Part shown: piece after piece, positions 30,001 through 38,000 of the stretch
Position numbering within the stretch: the first letter of the stretch is position 1
Layout of the letters: the number at the start of each line of letters is the position of its first letter
NCBI GenBank assembly: GCA_031546985.1
Contig: JAVBJN010000016.1
Coordinates: 32,931-96,930, forward strand
Length of the DNA stretch: 64,000 nucleotides
Source of the DNA: Chitinophagaceae bacterium
Lineage (GTDB): Bacteria > Bacteroidota > Bacteroidia > Chitinophagales > Chitinophagaceae
Reading direction: 5' to 3'
The notes under the pieces: generated by a model
What the model was told of the DNA's origin: nothing
Databases searched by the model: none
Seen by the model: only the letters and a program-made list of their open reading frames with translations
Position numbers and translations under genes: made by a program

Positions 30001-30368
30001 ATGCGGTAGGCGTGGTTACACCCTGGCGCACGCAGATCAGTTACATTCGTGAGCTGATTGGCGATGATGCCGTTTTGCAGGCAGTGAATATTGATACGGT
30101 AGAGCGTTTCCAGGGATCGGAGAACGATATTATTATTGTTTCGCTGGCAGTGAACCACCCGGCACAGTTGCGGCAATTGCAGAGCGACGGGCAGTTTGAT
30201 GATGGCAAGCAATTGATTGCGGTAGACCGTAAATTACTGGTTACACTAAGCCGCGCAAGGCAGCAGGTGATATTGATGGGCTATGAACCCGTACTGAGGG
30301 TTTCTGTGCATTACAGCCGTGTGCTGGACCAGATGAATTATACAGAGCAGATATTTACAGAACAATAA
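27075..30368 (+). CDS. nuclease-helicase: N-terminal RecB/Cas4-like PD-(D/E)xK nuclease plus C-terminal Upf1/Dna2-family SF1 helicase (Nhi/Dna2-like)
   Basis: RLDVL … ILELKSGR … QVVGY form the D-ExK-QxxxY nuclease motifs. Motif I GPPGTGKTST. Motif II LIVDEASQ. LLVTLSRARQQ. Confidence 0.8.
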   Translation: MDPLTASLLYSEIENYLEDPSSDARRFIKRLMEKLFRQLVSDSGKSFTSLTANMAFVLPNTLLQPDLHHALMALRKLVVMHKGRSWTDGRTVWGIKVLAETIAVTTGAPMPETLLLKLDGIALQVSETADIAEEPNVLAEMRCCILEKGPLQQNAEAHKFCVLKVDTPELGIVFMQLWENTSGHLAMLYPLLAPYQHLQVLHCSKTNEPHTWTTVADSQLVLEPDVLMDISDLAECCQFKGDLPLLYLVKKLMPQQYNDAALKGNLVNALLDAVLRDVETPFKSCFREVVADNVLQASAYGKEKLNGIYRDIAATHWPNLHRAASSLQNKPVRIEPTFFSARYGLQGRLDVLTEDLQNPDHKEILELKSGRAPDYQTWRNNEMQVVGYNLLLKSSFGEQRTGGSAILYSAASYEPMRTVRNSVKLESELLSVRNQVVGYLMQIASGDYTILGQITPAMAEGLPGFLSTGFSKYAEGWQQASPLAKAYYQQFLSFIIREWLQAKCGLYSGMEREEDADGFAALWLQEEQDKRDAFSLIAGLQFMALNEETGVLTFSITEKQSHNFRSGDTAILYARRDGSLNPLQQQVLKGRIDVLTDNRVLFSLNNRQLSASFFSAAESWVLEHDMYESNYWVSASALWYVLDPAYASRLACILGQQEPAVQELEVQKPEGFNDNQYSLLRYALEAKDYYLIQGPPGTGKTSTVLTALVRELLQRKQQVVVVAFTNRAVEEICRKLKDTGVDFLRLGSRRSESEQQLRKYCMDGQIEEARNFITGQQVFVATVATMAARLDLLEMLKIKPDTLIVDEASQLTEPQLLGLLMHFKKFVLIGDQNQLPPVVAQHEQYCAVPEGVLTQAGLRDMRVSVFERLMQQCREKGWYHAFGMLTTHFRMHDTIADLINPYYAGRLKSGRAVQQELFAPEPVSDNVWTNMLARGRKVFMPSPKESVSKLNKEEARRVVSLLKHLKDSMGEQFSPDAVGVVTPWRTQISYIRELIGDDAVLQAVNIDTVERFQGSENDIIIVSLAVNHPAQLRQLQSDGQFDDGKQLIAVDRKLLVTLSRARQQVILMGYEPVLRVSVHYSRVLDQMNYTEQIFTEQ

Positions 30369-30881
30369 ATGAGATTGAAGATGAAACAAGGATGGCATAG
30401 GTTGGGTTTGATGATGGCATTGCTGGTACTTACCCCGGTAGTATGGGCAGCTCAGAAAAAGGTAACCGGTAAGGTAGTAAAGGTGGTAGATGGCGACACG
30501 TTTGATGTGCTGGAAGGTAAAACTACTTACCGCATTCGTATGTATGGTATAGACGCGCCAGAGAAGAAACAGGACTTTGGTAACCGGAGCAAACAGGCGC
30601 TGGGCGATGCTTGTATGCAACAACCCATTACGGTAATTCTTAAAAAGAAAGACCGGTACCAGCGCTGGGTGGGAGATGCTTATGATGTAAATGGCAGGCA
30701 CATTAACCTGTTGATGGTAAAGCAAGGGTATGCCTGGCATTACGCAAAATTTGCGAAGAAGAGCCAGGACCTGGCGGAGGCGCAGGAATATGCCCAAACG
30801 CATAAGCTGGGCTTATGGCAACAACCGCACCCGGTAGCGCCCTGGGATTGGCGTAAGAAAAAGGCACAGGCACCAGAGTAG
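30369..30881 (+). CDS. secreted thermonuclease (staphylococcal nuclease / SNase-like)
   Basis: Signal peptide. KVVDGDTF…RIRMYGIDAPE…GRHINLLMVKQGYAW is the SNase fold signature. ATG immediately follows the upstream stop. Confidence 0.8.
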   Translation: MRLKMKQGWHRLGLMMALLVLTPVVWAAQKKVTGKVVKVVDGDTFDVLEGKTTYRIRMYGIDAPEKKQDFGNRSKQALGDACMQQPITVILKKKDRYQRWVGDAYDVNGRHINLLMVKQGYAWHYAKFAKKSQDLAEAQEYAQTHKLGLWQQPHPVAPWDWRKKKAQAPE

Positions 30882-30974
30882 CATTTATTACAGAAATATC
30901 ATTCCTGCAAAGTGCGTATGATTTCTTAGCAGAAGATACTGCTCAGGGCAGCATGACAATCATTATCAGGATAT

Positions 30975-31008
30975 TAAAAAAGCAGCCCCCAACAGGCTGC
31001 TTTTTGCT
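30975..31008. terminator. bidirectional terminator
   Basis: aaaaaGCAGCCcccaacaGGCTGCttttt. Confidence 0.6.
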
Positions 31009-31039
31009 TTTCATGATGATAGTCGGGGAGGCGTGGCGC

Positions 31040-32962
31040 TTATACAGGGTTGTTTGTGTTGTTATTGGTATCGGGTTTCGGCTTTTGGTCCATCATTTCC
31101 ATCAGTTTCATGCCCAGCAGGCCGCTGATAGGGCCATCGGAGCCATTACCGCCGCTGATGAGTACTTCGGGAATCACCTTGATTTGGTTTTTACCAATTT
31201 CTTCGGTGATTTTATAACGGGTAAAGTTGTCGCCACCCATCGCCTTAACCTGCAATTCATACGCTTCTGCCGTACTCTGGCCAATAGCGAGGATCTTCTC
31301 TGCCTCCGCAATACCGGTTTTGGCAATCCGCTCCGCCTCTGCAGATGCGTTTAGTCGTGTACTTTCAGCTTGTGCACCTGCGCGCATTTTGGTGGCTTCC
31401 GCCTCTGCATTGGCGCGCATTTTAGTCGCTTCTGCTTCGGCATTTACCTGTAGTTTAAGACTGGTAGCATCACCTTCTGCTTTCTTAACCGTAGCGTCTG
31501 CCGTGCGTTGCGAGATCTCTACGCTTTGTTGCGCTTTTACGATCTCTTTTTGCATATCTGCAATGGCGGTTTCTTTTTCTACACCCTGGCGTTTTTCCTG
31601 CGCCATTCTTTGGGTTTCATAGGTCTTTTCTTCTTCCTGCGCAATCTTACGATCGGTAAGGGTTTTCATCAGCGCTTCGGGTGGCACAATGTCGCCAATG
31701 AGCGTATCTACCGCGTTTACATTGTATTCTTCCAGCACCTTACGGATATGGTCTTTGGCAGAGTCCTGCCTTTCTTTACGCGAGGTGAGGAAGGTGATCA
31801 CATCGCTATCCTGCGCCGAGTTTCTAAAATAGTTACCAATGGTAGGTTCCAGCACCTGGCTCACCAGGTTGTTCATACTACCGAAACGCGCAATCACTTT
31901 TGGAGCCTCGTTAGCAGGCACGTGAATGATTTGTGCCACATCCAGGTTAAAAGGGAAACCATCTTTAGACCGCACGGTGATGGTGCTCAGGTTTTTATCC
32001 AGCGCGTGTGCTTCGCTGCGGGCATTGGCCCAGTTCAGCACCAGGTTGGTGGTGGGCACCAGTTCTACCTTCATGGTGTAGATATTAACCGGGTATTTAC
32101 CAGGGCCTAATGGCTCCATCCAAACCCCGCGAAATCCTTTGCTCACAATGTTTCCGTGGCGGAAGGTATCACCGGTTACATCTTTGCCATCTTCACCAAT
32201 ATAACTGATCACTACACCTACATGCCCGATGGGTACTTCCGTCATTACACGTTCTTCGATTTGCACGGCCCAGGGGTTGATATAATAGGAACCTGCCAGT
32301 ATCACCTGCGGTTGAAGACCACGGGTACCGCCATTGTTCAGGAAGGTGTCGATATCCTGGAAGTTGTTGTGGCCCGTAACATCTTTACCCGCGATCTGCC
32401 CTTGTGGTAGCGGCTCACCATCCAGTGTGGTAATAATGCCTACGCGGTTTTCGTGGATAATGGTTTGGTCTACTATGGTTACTTCAAACAAGTAGGTGTT
32501 GATGCGGTACGAACCCGCGGTTATAAACGCCGTTTGCCGGCCCCGTTGTCCGCTGTTGAACAGGAACTTTTCTGCATCCTGGAAATTGTCGCAGTTTACG
32601 CGTCTTGCCAGAATACGTCCGGTGGGAATCTCGCTACCATCTTTGGACAGCACTAATCCGATTTTGCCTTCAGGAATGATGGTAAAGGAAACCATATCGA
32701 TTTCGAACTGCCAGGGCCACATAAACCAATACAGGCCAGGAGCAAGGGTTTGGGCCTGTAAGCCTGCTTCTCCCTGGGTAGCGATAATGCGCCCGTCCGG
32801 CAAAGAACGGTTGCCGCCAAACAACACGAATTTTTTGGTTACCAGCCCTATTTTGTCTTCGGGAACGATAACCATTCCAAAGAGGGCACGCAAAAGGATT
32901 TTGTACAGTACAGCAGCGAGTACCACCACAGGTACCCACCACCACATGAGCAGTGTAGTCAT
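31040..32962 (-). CDS. flotillin / SPFH (band 7) domain membrane protein with C-terminal coiled coil
   Basis: N-terminal transmembrane helix, SPFH region, and repeated AEAEATKMRA coiled-coil segments (YqiK-like). Confidence 0.8.
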   Translation of the reverse strand: MTTLLMWWWVPVVVLAAVLYKILLRALFGMVIVPEDKIGLVTKKFVLFGGNRSLPDGRIIATQGEAGLQAQTLAPGLYWFMWPWQFEIDMVSFTIIPEGKIGLVLSKDGSEIPTGRILARRVNCDNFQDAEKFLFNSGQRGRQTAFITAGSYRINTYLFEVTIVDQTIIHENRVGIITTLDGEPLPQGQIAGKDVTGHNNFQDIDTFLNNGGTRGLQPQVILAGSYYINPWAVQIEERVMTEVPIGHVGVVISYIGEDGKDVTGDTFRHGNIVSKGFRGVWMEPLGPGKYPVNIYTMKVELVPTTNLVLNWANARSEAHALDKNLSTITVRSKDGFPFNLDVAQIIHVPANEAPKVIARFGSMNNLVSQVLEPTIGNYFRNSAQDSDVITFLTSRKERQDSAKDHIRKVLEEYNVNAVDTLIGDIVPPEALMKTLTDRKIAQEEEKTYETQRMAQEKRQGVEKETAIADMQKEIVKAQQSVEISQRTADATVKKAEGDATSLKLQVNAEAEATKMRANAEAEATKMRAGAQAESTRLNASAEAERIAKTGIAEAEKILAIGQSTAEAYELQVKAMGGDNFTRYKITEEIGKNQIKVIPEVLISGGNGSDGPISGLLGMKLMEMMDQKPKPDTNNNTNNPV

Positions 32963-33391
32963 AATAATTACAATTATGGATTTAGGAAATAAATAAGAGA
33001 GAAGAGGACATTACAAGACCAATCCGTTTGGTAAACCAAACAGGCATGCGTTGTTCAAAGTCCTTTTAGGGCTGTTTACAGACGGCAGGGTGGGTGAACC
33101 ATTTTCTTATGGTTAACCATGTTTTCGGCCAGGTAAAAAAACTGGGAGTTCAGTGGAGAAGTTTTTCTGGACTGAATAGTGCTAAATGTATGTTGAGCCA
33201 AATGCTCGTCCTCAGATGAGGGTATCATATCGTAGTAGATTACAGGAACAAATGTATCTCTTTTTTTGAAATCGCAAATAAAAACCGGAAAAAGTTTTGA
33301 AAGGGTATTTGGCTAATCTCTGAAAGAAGTTTGCTTTAATTATACAAATGAAATTGGTGTGTTTTGATGAGTTTGCTAAAATAATTAGCAA

Positions 33392-33410
33392 TGCGTAAAT
33401 AGGTTACACA
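33392..33410 (+). promoter_or_regulatory. locus motif copy R1 (TGCGTAAATAGGTTACACA)
   Basis: Member of a 5-copy motif family. Followed ~55 nt later by hairpin GCGGACGCCGTAACGTCC (33464..33481). Lies 234 nt upstream of the 307-aa gene. Confidence 0.6.
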
Positions 33411-33643
33411 GTGCCACAAGATCTTTGCTTTATCAAACACAAACAACCGGCGGGCAGTGCAGAGCGGACGCCGTAACGTCCTGGTCCTGAGCAGGATTTT
33501 GCCACCGCCGGTTTACATACATTCTAAGGTCCACAGGTTGACAGCCGGCGTCGCCTGTGGTTTTATAAACTTTTAGAATTACCCTTAACCAATTACCTGC
33601 ACAGGCTATTGCAATAAAGTCTGTGCCTATCAAACAGTAAATT

Positions 33644-34567
33644 ATGGCTATTAAAGACAGGGATGATCTTAACCAGGTTTTTGTAACCGGTGCAAGACCT
33701 AAAGAAGAAGATTTTCATGATTGGCAGGATAGCTATTTGCATGTGAATGATTCGGTATTGAATATTTCGCGCGATACGAATGCCAATTTCGGAGGTATTA
33801 AACTCGACAATACCTGGAATGCAGGCATGGTGCCTGCCACTTATCAGTATGGAATTTCCAGGGTTTCAGACAATAAAATTTTTTATACGCTTGATCCCAA
33901 TACCAGTGTATTTCAGTTTGGTGTTCCGGCAGTACTTACGAATTGGACCACACCGCCAGCACCAGCTTACCCTGGTATGTTGGGCTTTAACCAAACTATA
34001 AATAAGGCTCAGGTTTCTCTGGGCGGTAACTGGCAAAACATTGCCACAGAAAGCTCATCAATTCAAAATCAGAATACCAACTACCAGAATGCAGATATTA
34101 GAATACAAGGGCGCGTTGAAGCAACCCGTGGTATTACTGCGGGGTTTCTTTCTGCCAATGATGTGAATGTGTTTTATGGTGTTCAGAATATTATAGCTAA
34201 CCAATCTAAACCAACACTGCTGTTTACCAAAGGCGGCAATAGTATTGGCACAACAATGGAATACGATGGTAGCACCTATTCTTTTGTTCAGAAGCTGAAT
34301 GAAAACCGGGCCGCTTTTCCTCCTTTTGGTGCTATAAAAGTAACCAGCCAGGTAATGGCAGATGATGCAGTGTTTGCGGTGAACGTTAATAATATTGATT
34401 CCCTGCGTGTAAATAAGCAAGGTATTGCCACTGTGCAACCCTCTGCCAGTGGTGCTGGCACATGGAAATTGGGTAAAAAGAAAAATGCTTCCGTAGCATT
34501 GGCAACAGACCAATTCATTGAAGTGGAGATTGACGGCACAATAGTTAAACTGGCGATTGTTCAATAA
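33644..34567 (+). CDS. hypothetical N/Q/T-rich beta-rich protein (307 aa), no signal peptide
   Basis: Long ORF under motif R1. No family recognised. Composition resembles tail-fibre or adhesin proteins. Confidence 0.5.
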   Translation: MAIKDRDDLNQVFVTGARPKEEDFHDWQDSYLHVNDSVLNISRDTNANFGGIKLDNTWNAGMVPATYQYGISRVSDNKIFYTLDPNTSVFQFGVPAVLTNWTTPPAPAYPGMLGFNQTINKAQVSLGGNWQNIATESSSIQNQNTNYQNADIRIQGRVEATRGITAGFLSANDVNVFYGVQNIIANQSKPTLLFTKGGNSIGTTMEYDGSTYSFVQKLNENRAAFPPFGAIKVTSQVMADDAVFAVNVNNIDSLRVNKQGIATVQPSASGAGTWKLGKKKNASVALATDQFIEVEIDGTIVKLAIVQ

Positions 34568-34588
34568 TTATTTTCAGGAAATTACCAC

Positions 34589-34607
34589 TGTGTAAATAGG
34601 TTGCACA
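34589..34607 (+). promoter_or_regulatory. locus motif copy R2 (TGTGTAAATAGGTTGCACA)
   Basis: Followed by hairpin GCGGACGCCGTAACGTC (34661..34677), a short ORF (34765..34869) and a terminator. Confidence 0.6.
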
Positions 34608-34788
34608 CCAGCACATGATCTTTACAATATCAACCATAACCAGCAAGGTTAATGCACCAAGCGGACGCCGTAACGTCTCACCTTTGCTGGTTTAAACAAA
34701 TAGTTGTAAACACGTTTTACGCCTAACCAAATCAATTTTCAAATCGCTAAACCTACATCAACCTATGACAAAACTAACTGTTTTCAAA

Positions 34789-34835
34789 AAGCGCATTCTG
34801 AATGTAATCCAGTCACAGAATGCGCTTTATTCTCC
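34789..34835 (+). terminator. terminator closing the R2 mini-unit
   Basis: Perfect 12-bp stem aagcgcattctg/cagaatgcgctt followed by a T-rich tail. Confidence 0.6.
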
Positions 34836-34858
34836 TTCTATTTCTTACATAAAAGCAA

Positions 34859-34877
34859 TGCGCAAATAGCTTACACA
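34859..34877 (+). promoter_or_regulatory. locus motif copy R3 (TGCGCAAATAGCTTACACA)
   Basis: Followed by hairpin GCGGACGCCGTAACGTCC (34928..34945). Lies 165-200 nt upstream of the TcA-like gene. Confidence 0.6.
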
Positions 34878-35041
34878 CGCGCGCAACAATTTTGTAATAC
34901 AATAATGCCGGAAGAGGTTCGCATGTAGCGGACGCCGTAACGTCCTTGCCTTTTCTCAAAGGCATTGCGCCTCTCCCGGTTTTTTACGATATCCTACATA
35001 CGCAGTCCGGTAGCCGGCACTGGCTGCGCTTTTAATGAATC

Positions 35042-38000
35042 GTGAATAAAATTGATAACCAATCAATCCAATCAGATATGAACTCAACCAGTAACATTTA
35101 TGGCTACGTGCGTTCTACGCAAACGAAGCTCCCTGTAGAAGGGATGAAAGTATTGCTTTTTTTTGGCGGCGACTATCTCGTAGCGCAAACGCAATCAAAA
35201 GCAGAGGGATTCTTTCAATTGATAGTGAGTGGTGCTACACTCGACACTCTTTTTCCAAGCGGCAATGTAATGCTGACTTTTGAAGTCAGAGATGCTGCGA
35301 ACCATCTGCTGCTCAGTCAATCCAGTTGCCCTATATGGACCCCCGAACTGAAATCGGATATAAACCTTTGGGTAAATGCCGACCTGGTCGCGAAAACCAT
35401 TGCAGTACAAGGCCGGGTGGTTAATGCCAATGGCTTGCCAGCGGTGGGCACACCTGTACGCATCCGTGAAAAGGCATTTCGCCTGGATAACCTGTTGACC
35501 GAAGGAATTACCAATGCCGAAGGGTATTACAATTTATCGGTAAATACGCGCAACATACTTACCGCTACTGCAGACAAACCAGCTACGGGTGTAGTGGAGG
35601 TTATGTCAAAAGCCGGAGTTGCGGGCAAAGTGATCGCTATCTCTGACGATTTAGCACTGAGCGGCGATACACTAGCAGTAAACTTTAACCTGCTTGGTAG
35701 CGTTTCAAGGGCAACCGAAGAGTACGCCGATCTGAAAAATACCATCATTGCCAAAGTGGGCGACATTGACCTGTCTGGTGTGGGAGTAGAAGATACTTCA
35801 GAAGTACAGCAACTCTCTGCTGCTACCGGCTTTGCCTCAAATGAAGTGCAGTCTATAGTTACTGCCCATAAGCTTAGTACCGATCTTCAACTCGATACGG
35901 ATGCCGTGTATGCACTGGTGCGTAACAGCGATCCTTCTGGCAGTGAGTTGATTAACCTGGACAGCAATAAGGTGGAGGCACTGGTTACGAATGCCATTGA
36001 AACAGGCATTGTAAGGCCAGATATGGCTCCGGATATTCCGGAGGTGCAGGGAAAAGTTGCAGATTACCAGATCAAGGAAATTCTGAAGAACAAACTCGGG
36101 AACGAGAAGTTTACATTGAAAGACGGACTGGATGTAATTTTCAACAATAGCACCTTCGCAGAAGGTTTCATTGCCAAAATCCAGGATTTTGATGGGCAGG
36201 ATATCAATGGTTTCTGGGCTAAATATGCACTGGACAATGGTGCCGCCAATAAGAGTAAAGCACAGGCCACTCTTCAGTTGATGGCGGTAACCGGTAACCA
36301 ACCCGTGCTTTCTAAAAGGATCTACGATAACACTTCCGGCAGCATTGCTAAAATGGCGAAGTGGGACGATACCCAATGGGTTGCGCATATTAATGCGGCG
36401 GCTGTTGGTGCAACAGTGCCTATTGTACCGGTTGCGATCGGCGAAGATACTACCCTGGGTCGTGCTAAATATGCCAGCAAACTAAAGGCTATTGCCCAGG
36501 AACTGTATCCATTAACAACCCTCGCAGGCAAATTGGAAACCTCCGGTTATACAGGGCTGGTTTCGGACAATGCTGTGGCGCAGGATATGATTAAATTCAT
36601 TAACCAGAATCCACAGTTCGATTTCCGTACACAAAGTGTACATGATATTAAAACCGGAAGCGTTGATCTGACTGGCATTGCTGATGTAGCAAAACTGAAA
36701 GGAGAGATCGCTCCGTTTCAGCGTCTTACCCGTATTGCTGGTGCAAAACCAGATGCTATTGAACAATTGAAACGTGCTGGTATTACAACTGCGCAACAAA
36801 TCGCTGCAATGCCTTCCAGCAAGTTTGTGGCCGATTATAGTGCTGCCCTGGGTGGTATGCAGGAAGCCATGAATGCCTTTGGCCGTGCCGTACAGGTTGC
36901 ACAGTTATCCGCACAAGCTGTGGTCGACATTCAAACCGCATCCGGCGCGGTAATCGACAGTACCCTGGTATTGCCCGATATTTATGCGCAGCCAGAGATC
37001 GGTGCAGATCCTGATCTGGCTACTTTATTTGGCAGCCTGGACCAGTGCGGTTGCGAGTATTGCATGTCGGTGTACAGTCCGTCTGCTTACTTCGTAGATG
37101 TGATGAATTTTATCAAAACCCATTCTACAACCAACTCAGCGTTCGATGAATTGATGTGGCGCAGGCCCGATCTGAAAGCGATTGACCTCACTTGTAAAAA
37201 TGCCAATACACCACTGCCTTACATTGACCTGGTAAATGAACTGCTGGAAAGAGAAATCCTGAAAACTGCCGCTATTCCGGGGCTTGTTATTCCTGTCTCT
37301 TTCCAAACCAGCGGTACTGCTGCCGATCTTGCAGCGCACCCCGAACATGTGTCCAGAAAAGCAGGAACGACAGATTATGAAGATTATAAAGAAACCAACA
37401 GGGTATACGATACGGTACTGAAATCTGCAGTATACCCGTTCAACCTGCCGTTTAACCGTGCCATGGAAGAAGCGCGTGTGTACCTGAAACACCTGGGCTT
37501 TACCCGTTACGAACTGGTGAACCTGTTCCGCCCCATTACCGCGTTAGACAATATGGCTGGTAGCAATACCAGTAACGAAATTACGGCTTACAACCTGGCC
37601 AGCGAATCGCTGGGCATCAGCAAAGAAGCTGCAGATGTCATTATTGGTAAGGGCAGTGCCGCTGCCTGGAACTATTTTGGTTTCGCCAATGCTGCTGTTA
37701 CAGGCTATGTTAGTCCTTCTGATTCGGCTGTGTTACTGAATGGTCATTGGACAGAACTGCTTGCCGGTACCGCTAAAAAAGATGCGGCAGAGTATGGCGG
37801 TCTGGATGTGGTGCTGCAGCAAACAGGATTATCGTATAAAGAATTCCTGATGCTGCTGGATACCTACTCGCTTAACCCTGTTTACCAGGCCGATGACCGC
37901 CGTATCAAAATCGTTTCGCGCGATAATATGCCTGTAGATACCTGTGTGCTTAAGAACCTGAAGCTGGAAGCAACATTGCCGGCAGGTGTAACAGACATCA

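Noticed and set aside
30953-31354. 133-aa plus-strand ORF overlapping the flotillin 3' end and terminator
   Set aside because: Overlaps a supported gene on the other strand. Starts inside a terminator hairpin.
33392-33410. Interpretation of the 19-bp locus motif as a sigma-54 promoter
   Set aside because: The GG-N10-GC spacing and TGGCAC/TTGCA consensus are not satisfied in any copy. The dyad symmetry favours a dimeric regulator site or an unusual promoter element.
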